Positions 35,800 through 48,415 of a stretch of DNA of 52,661 nucleotides are shown piece by piece (position 1 is the stretch's first letter; the number at the start of each line of letters is the position of its first letter). The stretch comes from Balamuthia mandrillaris (lineage: Eukaryota). Where the stretch lies: NCBI GenBank assembly GCA_031835245.2, contig JAVKOQ020000098.1, positions 124,001 through 176,661 of the forward strand, given 5' to 3'. The notes below the pieces were generated by a model, which did no database searches, was not told where the DNA came from, and saw nothing but the letters and a program-made list of their open reading frames with translations. The position numbers and the translations under genes are program-made.

Positions 35800-38288
35800 T
35801 TATCCAATATTCATGGGGCAAAAATGCGGAAAAATAGAGGAGGACTGAATTGATTGATAGTAAGGAGAGGGAACAGGTCCTACATCGATGGGTGGATCTG
35901 GCCATGAAGGAACGTCTTAGACTGGGGACCCTAAACAGTAATTGTTTGTAGAAGTCCATTTTGCAAGCTGTGCAAAAAGAGGCAAAGATCCCTGAGTGTT
36001 TTGTCAAAGGGGACAAGCTAAATCAGTTTTTGGAGGAAGTGTTCAAGTAGGCGGTGGAAAAGTATAGGCACCTGAACACTACCATAGTCAAGATTCCTTC
36101 CCCCTAGGTTAACCAAAAGGAGGAGGACGACAGAGGTGCAGAGGATCAGCGTAACTCAGTAGTGGATTCACTCTGCCGAATGGAAGGGACCAGTGTTATG
36201 CCCAAGGGGAAGATTGATTCGGACTCAGTCAGTGTGGAAGACATTAAGGAGCGAACCAATAGTCAAGTGGCGCTTCTGTTTGACTGTATTAGCAGTGTTT
36301 CTTGCGAGTGTAGTAAACTCTCTAAAGAGATGGTAACTGACCTGAACTATTGGTCTACAGTAAAACCAAAGTATAGCTTTGCTAGTCCCTACTCCAAGGT
36401 AGGGGCTATGGAGGGCAGATCGATTGTAGTGAGCAGTAAGGACCTTAAGAAGGAAAAGGTATGTGAGAGGATCTTTGAGCTGGGGCTCAAGCATGTCGAA
36501 GTGTAGAAAGTAGCAGAGAAGAATGGCATGCAGCATTGGGGAGTTACTTTGGAGACGACCCAGGCTGCCAAAGACATTATTGCAGAAAGAGCCAAACTGT
36601 ATGCTTTTGGTGGGTAGGCAAAGCCCAAATTGTAGAAGCCAAGAATGAAGGCAAACCGTTGTGAAAGCCTAAAGGGCAAAGAAATTGAGAGAAGAGGAAG
36701 GAAAAGGAAGAGAATTTTGGAACAGTGGCTTTGGACAGCTCATTGGGACTCTCTGGCATCACGCTGGCTAAGAAGGAGTATTACGGTGCTGCCAACTGGT
36801 CTGACATTGTGGAGGAGGAAGGGAAGGAGACCCACTGACTTCAGTAGGGTTTGTCAACTCTAGGGACTGGCAACAAGAGGAATTGGTCAGGAATTGGGCT
36901 GACAGTAAGCAATTTGACATTATTGGAGTGTGTGAACATTGGAGGATGGTTGCTCCTCACTTGGAGGGGTATTGGTGGATGGGTGGAGGGGCTGCTCCAG
37001 AGAGGAGTAGCTGTGGAAGGGGTGGTGCAGGTTTCTTCATTCAAGAGGGCTTCAAGGGGAACATCAGAGAAAGGAAAGAAAGACGAAAGCCCAACTCCAC
37101 TTGGGCGGAACTGGCAGGACAGAGTTGCATCTTTATCATTAGTAAAGTGTATCTTCCTCCATGAGGTACCATGGACGACTTAAGGTCACCTTGGCTGCAA
37201 TTGAGAAAAGAATCCTGGACATGGTCAAGGAAGGAAGATAATTATTGGAGGAGATTGGAACGCCAGGGTTGGAAAGAGTTGGAATGGTAGAAATGAATCT
37301 ACTTATAACACGAGAATTGGGCTGGTTGACCATCAAGGCCTACTGTGAGTTGGAAAGACAAGCAGTAATTCGTCATGCTGAGAGGCAAGATGGCCACTTT
37401 GAGCTACTTGAAGAGGTAAGCCAAGCAAGAGAAGAGGAAGGTGAGAAGAATGAAGGTGAGGGAGGTGATAGGATGAGTGTTGTTGAAAAGAAAGCCAAGA
37501 GGGTGAGGGCCTTAACTCGAGTAGCCAAGGTGGAGTATGCAGCTGAAGAAGAAAGAGGAACAAGAGCATGGCTATGGCATAACTTCTTGACAAATGGAAG
37601 ATGTTTGGTTGGACAACAACGAAGATTAGTAATTACCAACCCAAGGAAAGAACGTTTGATGAATGCTATTTGTTGTGGTGGACTGCCCATTGGAAAAAAG
37701 TGGAGAGCCATTCAGCAGTCTGAGGAGGATAGTAAGTGCCCTGCATGTGATGCTGAGGAAGAAACAGCAGAACACTTCCTGTTAAAATGTCCAAATCTTT
37801 TGGAAGATCGCTTTAGAATCTGGAGTATGGACAATGGAAATGAAGAACAAGTCAGAAAGCTGATTATTGAAGACTGTACAACAAAGATCCTGTCAAGTGG
37901 AAAGAAATGCAACAGAGCTCAAGAGATGAAACAATGTAAGCAAAGTTGTAAAAGAGTCTAGAGATTATGGGCAGCAAGAGCAAGCTGGGGGCATGGAAGT
38001 TCTTCTGCATTTTATCAATCTTTGGAAGTAATGTAAAAGCAAGGAAAAGAGAAGAAAGGAAAGGGGAATGAAAAGGATAGCAAGATGATACAAAGTCAGT
38101 CTGAAATCTCATTCAACACCTTTCACTTGTGAACTTGAATAACAATTAGGAAGGCATTGAGGATGAGGGAGTAAGGGAAGTAAGAGTACACTATGTATGT
38201 ACAAAGCTTACTTTTTATGTATAGATTGGTGTTGCGCTCAGAGCAAATAAACTTCTTATTACTACTATTCAATATTACTACTACTACT
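35800..38288 (+). mobile_element. Non-LTR retrotransposon copy B: ORF1 relic, APE endonuclease, internal deletion of RT, Zn finger, 3' tail
   Basis: ORF1-like 36162-36830 with stops. APE motifs DIIGVCEHW, GRGGAGFFI, VYLPP, GDWNARVG, then a jump to LGWLTIKAYCELERQ, CPACDAEEETAEHFLLKC and a (TAC)n tail. 5' boundary approximate. Confidence 0.8.
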
Positions 38289-38289
38289 T

Positions 38290-39967
38290 ACAACACGAGA
38301 GGAAAGGTGTTGGTGGAGTCTTTCAAAAGGCTGGCCCTCTCATTGCCTCAGCTTGAAGAGGAAACGCCAGTTTTTACATGGAGAGCTGGAAAATGAAAGA
38401 GCATTGTGGACTATGTGGTAGCATGAAGATGGGTAGGCAAGGTAGTTGGTGACAAATGGCAAGCGTGGACTGATTATCGGCCACTGGTAGTTGAAGGATT
38501 CAGCAAATCATTGTAGCGGGGTTTGGATGGAATGATGGAAGTGGAAGTCCTACTCGGAGGAAGATTGCAAGAGGATGTGGAAGGAGACAAATATGGGTGC
38601 AAGCGTATTTCAAAGGAGAGGAATGGAAGGCCATGGTCAGGAAAACACAGGAGGGAGCAGCTACTGTTGAAGATCTTTGGAGCAAGTAGAAAAAAGGATT
38701 GTGGAATAGTGCAATGAGATGGTTTGGTAGAGAAGGGACTGGTAGGAGCAACAATGAGCAAGGCAAGGAAGCCATGGTGGACAGCAGAGTTAACATCCTT
38801 GAACAAGCAGGTAGTGATTACTACCCCGTGCTCAGTCCAAGAGAAGGAAAGAATGATGGTAAGGCCAGAGAGGAATTTGTGGAAAAGAGGAAAAAGGTTG
38901 TGAAGTTGTGGAGGGCCAACAAATGGGATGCAAGTTGCATCTTGCACATGTTTACCTCCATACTTCATCATTTCCCCATCAAACCAGCTGCTTTGCCCAC
39001 CCTCAATCTTTTTCCTTCATGCAGGTCCAAGGGACCGTCTTGGTCTGGTGGTAACTGGCTTAAGAAGAAGAGCTTTAATCTTGCATGAAGGAAAAGATTA
39101 AGGGTGGGCAAAGCAGCTGGTTTGATGGGGAAATGATGAAGTATGGAGGTAAACATGTGCAAGATGCAACTTGGATGCTGATCAAGGCCATGGAGAACCA
39201 AGTCATATTTCACAAGGAGTGGAAACAGGGGGCGGTTATCCCTTTGTATAAGGCAAGAGATTCCCAGAATCCAGCAAACTATAGAGGAATTACTCTCCTA
39301 TGCAATGCAGTCAAGGTGTTTGAAGGAGCTATCTTGGTACAGTTGAATATACAAGCAAGAGAGCAAGGGTGGATAAGTAATTGCCAGGGCGGATTTAGAA
39401 AAGGAAGGGGAGTCATGGATCAAGTGTGACAGTTGAAGAAATGCCTGATGAAGAGAAGCAAAGAACATATTAATATTGCTCTGTTGGATATCCGCAAGGC
39501 TTATGACTGCTTGACCATGACATACTGGCAAGTACATTGCACAAAAGAGAAGCAGAAGAGGCAGCAATGGGTATTATTATAGAGTGGTACCATGGTATGA
39601 TGAGTGTTACTTGTATGAACAGGCAGCTCTCTGAGGAATTTCTGGTGGAAAGAGGAGTTAAGCAATGAAGAGTTTTGTCTCGCTTCTTATTCAATGTGTA
39701 CATTGATGTGGTGGTAAGAAAGCTACGAGTGACAGAGGAGAAGGAAAGAGGAGATAAAGCAAGCACTTGTTGTTTGCAGATGACTTGGCAGAGGTGGCCA
39801 GCAATCCTTTTGAGCTTCAGAGAAGATTGAATATGGCAATGAAGGCAGTGAATGCTCTGGGACTTCAGTTCAATGCAAAGAAATCAGTGGTGTTAGTACA
39901 AGGAAAGAAGGCTCACTTTCCAGAGTGAAGACTTAAGGGGAAGGCTGTGAAACATGTGAAGGAGGCC
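38290..39967 (+). mobile_element. Non-LTR retrotransposon copy C: endonuclease C-terminus plus disrupted reverse transcriptase
   Basis: NTRGKVL, FTW, SIVDY, TDYRPL; RT motifs NYRGITLL, QGGFRKGRG, LDIRKAYD, FLFNVYID, LFADDL, all with stops/frameshifts. Confidence 0.85.
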
Positions 39968-41329
39968 CCATTGCCGACCATTCCTTAGCTGGCATCTATA
40001 CCTAGCCTATGTCAGCTTCTTGTGGTCGGCAATGGGCCAACATCATCACTTTCATGAAAGAAAGAGTATGCTTCTGATAATGAGATAACCTGTGTATTAC
40101 TTGTTGAAGAAATGTTTGGCTCATTTCCTCCGATATCACTTGATCTTGTTTGCAAATAACTATCCAAAGCAGAAGGTTTCACAACGTTCATCTCCATTGA
40201 GCTGGCTATTCATTCAAATCAGTATAGTTAATATTATTCAATGGGGCAAGAAAGCTACATATAGCTCAATATCTACATATGGACTGTCTGTTTAACTGCC
40301 TGCTGGTTCTGTTGGCGCACCTAGCCCACATCAGCTTGTTGTTTTTCTGTAGATTTCTCTCATGTGGAACTTAAGAACATTCCTTTCTTTAGATTGGTTC
40401 TTTTTCTCATTCATTTTGCTTTCTCCTTCTTTATCTTCTCTTTTTCTCTTCTTTTTCTTCTTTTCTCAGAACAGGAACAAGTAACAAACACATATATACT
40501 CTTTCATGACACTTTCCTTTTATCAAAAGCTTATTCTTGGTCTTGTTCACTGGCTTGTATTCTTGTGTTACTAGTCTGCATCAATAGTTCCTTAGATGAT
40601 GTTATAAAGGTATGGTGGTATCCTGTCAGCAATAGAATGCTAGGAGCTAGCCTAAGCAAGGACAGCGAAAGCCACTTAAACGTCTTTTTGTCCTTCCACC
40701 CATTTGTCTTGCTTGCAGACTTGTGTTGCTTGAACCTTAAGAAGGAAAGAGTCGGTGACAAGACAAGAAGTGTATTCAAGAGAATAGAGGAAGGACAATG
40801 AGAGTGAATCTCTGACGTTGCTTCAAAGTACACTGAGAGAAAGGGGAAAAGAGAGAAAGGAAGGATGAGGGGGAGGATACAAAAGAAAGGAGAGCTGAGG
40901 GTCTGGGACGGATCCAACATGAGGAGTCTTGAGATAAGTGTTGGTGATTTTACCAACACTTGTTTCTCACCTTTATTGTTTACATTCTAGTTTCCTAAAC
41001 AATCTTTCCAACGATTTGGACATCTCAACTGGAAGTGTTTTGTTGTTTCTTCCTTCAGCATTAGCTTGCTCTCTCTTCTTCAGATTGCTGAAAAACTCCT
41101 TCACTCACTTTACAGCTTCCCATTGATTGAACAAGAAGGAAGACAACACTCCTGCCTTGCTATACAGCTCAAAATATCACCAGGAAGAGGGCATTCATGA
41201 TGCACTTCAATGCAACCAGCAAGTGCCCCATGGCCCCTGCAGTTTCCTTCCAGAAAGCACCATCTATTTGAACACTGGTGATGCTAAACCTGTTTTCTGC
41301 AAATAGTACACCATTCCCTAGGTGTATCA

Positions 41330-41745
41330 CAACCTGGCAACTCACTGGCTTCGACACAGTATCATTTTGTTGTTCCTGTTTGACTGCCAGTGGAATTCTC
41401 CCATCCCCTCAGTCCCAAAAATCCACCTCCTGTTGCAATCTTCTGCTCAGTACTGGACTTCTACTTCCATCATTCCATCCAAACCTGTGGCAATCATTTG
41501 CTGAATCCTTCAACTCGATTACCAGTGGCCAATGATCAGTGGCCACCTGTCGCCAGCTACCTTGCTATCCATCTCCACGCTACGTAGTCCCTACCATTCC
41601 AGCTCTTTTCAACTCTGGCGTTCCAATCTCTTGGGTATTAATCATGGGTCTTCCTTGCTTGACCACATCCAGGATTCTTTTCTTGATTGCAGCCAAGGCT
41701 TTAAGTCGTCCACTGTACCTCCTGGGGGGAGATACACTATACCAA
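41330..41745 (-). mobile_element. Non-LTR retrotransposon endonuclease fragment (copy D)
   Basis: The reverse complement matches 37140-37270 and 38420-38660 of copies B/C. Confidence 0.7.
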
Positions 41746-41861
41746 TTGAGTATCCTTTCTTTTGTATTTCCCACCCTTCCTTTCTTCCTTTTCCCCTTTC
41801 TGTATACTTTGAAGCAATGTCAGAGATTCACTCTCTTTGTCCTCCTCTCTTCTCTTGATCA

Positions 41862-42946
41862 GAGGCCATTATCAAGTCTAACTTGTCATATGGACAGAGC
41901 TTTCCAAATCATGATAGAAGAAGATCAAAGCTATGTGGAATGAGACAGCGAGAAGTGTATTGCAAGTTCATTGAAGGACTGTAGCTGGGGTTTGTAAAGC
42001 AGAATTGGACTGGTTGACCATCAAGGCCTACTGTGAGTTGAAAAGGCAAGCAGTAATTCGTTATGTTGAGAGGCAAAATGGCCACTTTGAGCTACTTGAA
42101 GAGATAAGCAAGGGGAGAGGAAGCTGAGAAGAAAGGTGAGGAGGTGAAGGGACAAGTAATGTTGAAAAGAAAGGCAAGAGGATGAGGGCCTTAACTTGAA
42201 TAGTCAAGGCGGAGTATGCAGTTGAAGAAGAAAGAGGAACAAGAACATGGCTATGACATAACTTCTTGACAAATGGAAGATGTTTGGTTGGACAACAACA
42301 GAGCTTAGTGATTATCAACCCAAGGAAAGAACAATTAATGAATGCTATTCGTTGTGCATTGAAGAAATGCAGGGGTTTTTATACAGGAAGGTTTGAAACA
42401 GATAGTAAACTCTCTTGTTGCCCAACTTTACTTTATTAAAATTTGGAAGTGTTGGAAAACCAACGATTTACTCTATTATGACTTCTTCAACAATATAATT
42501 GAGTTCTGTTGCATTTCTTTCCACTTGACAGGAGCTTTGTTGTATAGTCATTGACTTGTTCTTCATTTCCATTGTCCACACTCCAGATTCTAAAGTGATC
42601 TTCCCAAAGTTTTGGACATCTTAACAGGAAGTGTTCCGCTGTTTCTTCCTCAGCATTGCATGCAGAGCACTTACTGTCCTCCTTAGACTGTTGAATGGCT
42701 CCCCACTTTTTCCAATGGGCAGACCACTGGAGAAGAAAGTAAATGTGATAGACATGGATAGCAAGAAGATACAAAGTTCGTCTTAAAGCTCATTCAACAG
42801 CTTTCACTTGTAAACTTGAATAACAATTGGGAAGGCATTGGGGATCAGTAAGAGAAGTAAGGGTATACTATGTATGTACAATGCTTACTTTTTATGTATA
42901 GCTTGGTATTGCTCTCAAAGCAAATAAACTTCTTATTACTACTACT
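41862..42946 (+). mobile_element. Non-LTR retrotransposon copy E with internal inversion and 3' (TAC)n tail
   Basis: Plus-strand C-terminal region 41862-42355, inverted Zn-finger segment about 42501-42728, plus-strand 3' UTR about 42755-42946. Confidence 0.75.
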
Positions 42947-44431
42947 GAGTGCTAATACTCTAATACATGGCACATATAACTACTTCTACCTCATAATTTA
43001 TATTAATGAAAGCAACTCCAGGAGCAACATCAAATGCAACGGCAAAGACCACAGCAAAAATTATGATCACAATAATGGCAGGAAGGACAGCTGATGTCAA
43101 TACTAATACAACATTGATAATAATACTAACAATGAACAGCCACCTCTGCCAGCTCACCCCCAGGACCTGCAGCACTGGTGCAAGGGGGCAAGGGCGTGTG
43201 TCACACGAGCCCACCAGCTTGCTCTCGAACTCGTTGTAGATGTCCTTGAGCTAGCTGTTCACCTTTTGGAGGTTACCTGGCCAACAGCATGTTCCACAGG
43301 GTGATGGTGGCCATCCGCGACCGCCTCCTGTGCCGGAGGCCGTGCACCTGGCAGCCCAGCTACCCCTTGTCCTGCACAGGGCCAACTACGAGGGCTGGCA
43401 GCTGGCCAGGGTGCCCCTCAAGGTGAAAGAGGAGTTCCTGTGGCTGGCTGTGGAGAGAGCTGGTGGCCTGAACAACGTCAAGTGGAACGATGAGGCCGAG
43501 GCTGCCTGTCATGCCGTCTTAAAATCACCTCCTCCCCCTTTGTGAAGTGCTTTTTCAATACTTGGTGATGGGCCTGAGGTTATCAAAGTCACAGGCAGCG
43601 ACCAAGGAGTCCAGTGCAGCCTTGTCTGTCTCTCTTTTAGAAATCTTCATTTATATCCTTGATATATAACACATGATCTTGAAGACAATATTCATCAAAG
43701 CTGTCCTTTCACCAGCGCTGTCCTTTTGAACTAGTGCCTGGCTTTGGCTTCCAGACTTGCCTTTTGTGTTCTGCAAAGCATCACCAAAAGTTTCCTTCTT
43801 TTTACTTTGGTCCTCATTCAGATGGCTGCACTTTCTTAAGACTTTCTTTCGACTGAGTGTTTAATCAGAGGCAAACACCCCTGCTACCTCAGTGGTTCAA
43901 AGGAACTACCATCTTGCTTTTCCTCAATGCACCTCGTCCACATTTTGTAAAGAGAAGTATGAAGGTGAAATGGTTTTTTGATTTACATGCCACCTTCCAA
44001 CTCTCTCACTCTTTCTTTCTCTCTCTCTCTCTCTCACTAATGTAACCTGAATCACTCCAGTTGTCTCATAACTTGTGCATTACTCAAGGAGGGAATAGGA
44101 GAATTGAAGAGAACTGTGCATATAAAGCAGGTCTTTCTAATAAGAGCAAACCCAGAACCACCCCAATCTTACCTCTCCTTTGTGAGCATTGTATGAGAGA
44201 GGAATTGGCATAACCCAAGGCCAAGGGTGATGTTGATGAAGAAGGGTGATGGAAAGTTCAACAAATACAAGTATTTGCAATCATAATACACACAACTTTT
44301 GGAGGAGATTGGAACACCAGGGTTGGAAAGGCTACTTTTGGTGTCCTTCTTTCCCTCTTGCACTATGCGTATTATAGAAGCTTTAACTGCTTTCAACAAC
44401 TTCCATGAACAGCTTTGCAAGGCACAACAAG

Positions 44432-44644
44432 AGTAATAGTAATAATAAAAGTTTATTTGCTCTGAGAGCAACACCAATCTATACATAAAAAGTAAGCATT
44501 GTACATACATAGTGTACTCTTACTTCTCTTACTCCCTCATCCTCAATGCCTTCCCAATTGTTACTCAATTCACAAGTGAAAGGTGTTGAATGAGATTTCA
44601 GACCAACTTTGTATCATCTAGCTATCCTTTTCTTTCCCTTTCCC
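44432..44644 (-). mobile_element. Non-LTR retrotransposon 3' UTR-only copy G
   Basis: Matches the 3' UTR and tail of the other copies. Confidence 0.8.
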
Positions 44645-44733
44645 ACAACAAGAGTATTTTCACATGCTCCAACAATCTTTTTAACTCAAACTCAACATCC
44701 TTAACTGTCCAAGTCTAAGTATAATGCAAAAGA

Positions 44734-46703
44734 AGTAGTAGTAGTAATAAGAAGTTTATTTGCTCTGAGAGCAACACCAATCTATACATAAAAAGTAAGC
44801 ATTGTATGTACTCTTACTTCTCTTACTCCCTCATCCTCAATGCCTTCCCAATTGTAATTCAAATACACAAGTGGAAGGTGTTGAATGAGATTTCAGACTA
44901 ACTTTGTATCATCTAGCTATCCTTTTCTTTCCCTTTCCTTACTTCTCTTTTCCTTGCTATTACATTACTTCCAAAGATTGATAAAATGCAGAAGAACTTC
45001 CATGCTTCCAACTTGCTCTTGCTGCCCATAATCTCCAGACTCGTTTACAACTTTGCTTACATTGTTCCATCTCTTGAGCTCTGTTGCATTTCTTTCCACT
45101 TGACAGGAGCTTTGTTGTACAGTCTTCAATAATCAGCTTTCTGACTTGTTCTTCATTTCCATTGTCCACACTCCAGATTCTAAAGCAATCTTCCCAAAGA
45201 TTTGGACATGTTAACAAGAAGTGTTCTGCTGTTTCATCCTCAGCATCACATGCAGGGCACTTACTATCCTCCTCAGACTGCTGAATGGCTCCCCACTTTT
45301 TTCCAATGGGCAGTCCACTACAACGAATAGCATTCATCAAATGTTCTTTCCTTGGGTTGGTAATCACTAAGCTCCGTTGTTGTCCAACCAAACATCTTCC
45401 ATTTGTCAAGAAGTTATGCCATAGCCATGCTCTTGTTCCTCTTTCTCCTTCAGCTGCATACTTTACCTTGGCTACTCGAGTTAAGGCCCTCATCCTCTTG
45501 GCTTTCTTTTCAACAACAGTCGTCCCATCACCTCCCTCACCTTCATTCTTCTCACCTTCTTCTTCTCTTGCTTGGCTTACCTCTTCAAGTAGCTCAAAGC
45601 GGCCATCTTGCCTTTTAGCATGACGAATTACTGCTTGTCTTTCCAACCCTAGGCCTTGATGGTCAACCAGCCCAATTCTGCTCTACAAACCCCTGCCACA
45701 GTCCTTCAATGAACTTGCAATACACTTCTTGCTGCCTCATTTCACACAGCTTCGATCTTCTTCCAAATCAAAGCTCTGTCATACATAGTCCATATGACAA
45801 GGTAGACTTTACAATAGCCTTTGCAGCAATCTGGGCAGTGCATGTACCAAGACCTTGAGCAATGGCTCCCTGCTGCCTAAGGCTGTAGAGGGCTTGCTTG
45901 GCCTTGGTGATCGAGTTGTCCATTCCCCACTTTCTTCAAACCACAGTCCAGGTACTTGGCCTCCTTCACACATTTCACAGCCTCCTCCTTCAGTCACCAC
46001 TCTTGAAAATGAGCCTTCTTTCCTTGTACTAGCACCATTGATTTCTTTGCATTGAACTGAAGTCCCAGAGCATTCACTACCTCCACTGCTATATTCAATC
46101 TTCTCTGAAGCTCAAATGGATCGCTGGCCACCACTGCCAAGTCATCTGCAAACAACAAGCAAACATTCCTTGCTTTATCTTCTCTTTCTTTCTCCTCTGC
46201 CGCTTGTAGCTTTCTTGCCACCACATCAATGTATACATTGAACAAGAAAGGAGACAAAACTCCTCCTTGTTTAACTCCTCTTTCCACCAGAAATTCCTCA
46301 GAGAGCTGCCTGTTCATGCAAATAACACTCATCATACCACGGTACCACTCTGTAATGATACCCACTGCTGCCTCTTCTGCTCCTCTTTCGCATAATGTCC
46401 TTGCCAGTATGTCATGGTCAAACATGTTATATGCCTTGCTGATATTCAACAGAGCAATATAGGTACGTGCCTTGCTTCTCTTCATCAGGCATTTCTTCAA
46501 CCACCACATCTGATCCATGACTCCCCTTCCTTTTCTAAATCCACCCTGGCAAATACTTATCCACCCTTGCTCTCTTGCTTGTATGTTCAACTGTACCAAG
46601 ATAGCTCCTTCAAACACCTTGGCTGCATTGCATAGGAGAGTAATACCTCTATAGTTTGCTGGATTCTGGGGATCTCCTGCCTTATGCAAGGGGATAACCA
46701 CCT
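44734..46703 (-). mobile_element. Non-LTR retrotransposon copy H (best preserved: RT, Zn finger, 3' tail; 5'-truncated)
   Basis: ORF 45994-46701 has VIPLHKAGD..NYRGITLL, QGGFRKGRG, GVKQGGVLSPFLFNVYID, LLFADDL. ORF 44960-45646 has CPAC..HFLLTC. (TAC)n tail at about 44734. Confidence 0.92.
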
Positions 46704-47531
46704 GAAAAAGAAGTAAAACAGTGCACCATAGACAATTTCATAGAACACGTTAAAAGGCCATGGAAAAGCTACAATAATGGTCAAAAACTTCACTGCCTTC
46801 TTTTCCTCTTCAGCCACAGTTAATAGTTCTTCCACTATCAACACAACTGCTACTTTTGTTTCCTCTCTCACACACAATGTCCTAAACCCCTTTGCAAAGT
46901 AATAAATGATGCTTTGTCTTACTTGCTATTATATTGTACAAATAAACACCAGTCATTCTTTTGAAATATGCTAGACAATATCATAGATATAAACCCAGGC
47001 AAGCAAAAAAGAATAAAAGATCCAGAAGAAAGGAGCTATTAAACACAGCAAGTGCCAGCCAGAAAAAAAACAAAACTAGTCAGAGGAAAGAGCTGCACTA
47101 TACAGGAGAGCAACTGCCTGCTAGTCAAAAAGAAAATAAAAGGGCAAAATGGAAGAAGCTAAACTGAACAGTGCACCAGAAAAAGAAAATAAAAAAACAA
47201 GAGGGAGGGAGTTATGCTATACAGTATAGCAAGTGCAAGCTGGAAAAAAATAAAAGAGTGAGAGAAAAGGAATTGCATTATAAAACAAAGGTGTGCTATT
47301 TTGTTGTAAACAGATACAAACTTTCTATGATGATTGTTTTCAAAGGAATTGCTCAAGTTCCTTTTTCTAGTTTACATTTACATAGCTAGACCACCTCCTA
47401 GGTTTCTTCTTCTTCACTATTTGGTACACAAAATGGATGAAGGGCCACTAAATCACTTTCACATGAAATCCAGTCTGTAATGCTTTTAATAGAGTTGAGG
47501 GAATAGAAAAAAGTAAGGTTATTCAGGGTTA

Positions 47532-48415
47532 TTATTTTTTAAGGGGAAAAAAACAAAGGTCTAAGTTCACCAAACACACAAATAACTTAAAACAAGAAAT
47601 ATGGTCCTCTCTTTGATGGTGCCATGCAGTCACTAAGCAGTTGAAGTTTTTGAGTCGCCCTATAGCACGTTCCACTTCAACTCGATGACCACCAATCTCT
47701 TGATTAAACTCAAGTAACAAAGGAGAGAGATCACCTTTGAGTTACAAAGCAAGGCTCACCAACATATGCTTTGTCACCAAGCAATTTGTGCTGTTGTGCT
47801 GCTTTCACAAGTCCATTTCTTGCAATGGTTAAGTCATGAACACGACCAGGAAAGAGTCCATTCACCCAGGTAAAAAGCTCTGTTTTCAAGTCCAATACAA
47901 GTTCATACTTAAGTGTGTGGCGCTTTTTTTTCCCTGAGTAGTAAATTCACTATCGTTTTGAGCCAGTAGGACGTTGAATAGGACATTCAGTTGAATCAAC
48001 AATTCCAACAATGGTTGTTGTTGTACTGCTGGGATTAAAATGCTTTGCAAAAAAAAAAGACAATAAGAAAAACAAGTTAAATATAAATAAAAAACAAAAA
48101 ACAAAAAACCTGAAACATTTCAGCCAGCTTTGTTGATAAAGCCCTAATAATTGCCCAAACCCAATATCGAAATGTCTTTGATGTAACAAAAGGAACATGC
48201 AACTTCTTCAGTAGAATAAACTTTTAAAAATAAAAGGTCCAAAGTAAATACTTTGCTTGCAATGGTCTTTTTAAGGTACATGTTTTCAACTGTGTCCATG
48301 CTACAAGAGCTGTTTCAAAGGATACACCAAAGTGGGCACGCCAACTGCGAGCTGTGACAGAATAAAGAAGTGTCTCAGCAGTTGCAATAAAAGCAAACAA
48401 GTCTTCTTCTTTCAT
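47532..48415 (-). pseudogene. DDE_Tnp_4 (Harbinger/IS5-like) transposase, disrupted
   Basis: GIVDSTECPIQRP, YSGKKKRHTLKY, FPGRVHDLTIAR, LLGDKAY, RVEVERAIGRLKNF. Contains stops, frameshifts and a probable intron. Confidence 0.88.

Noticed and set aside
37245..37961. 238-aa ORF as an intact gene
   Set aside because: Chimeric frame created by an internal deletion in LINE copy B; no true ATG start.
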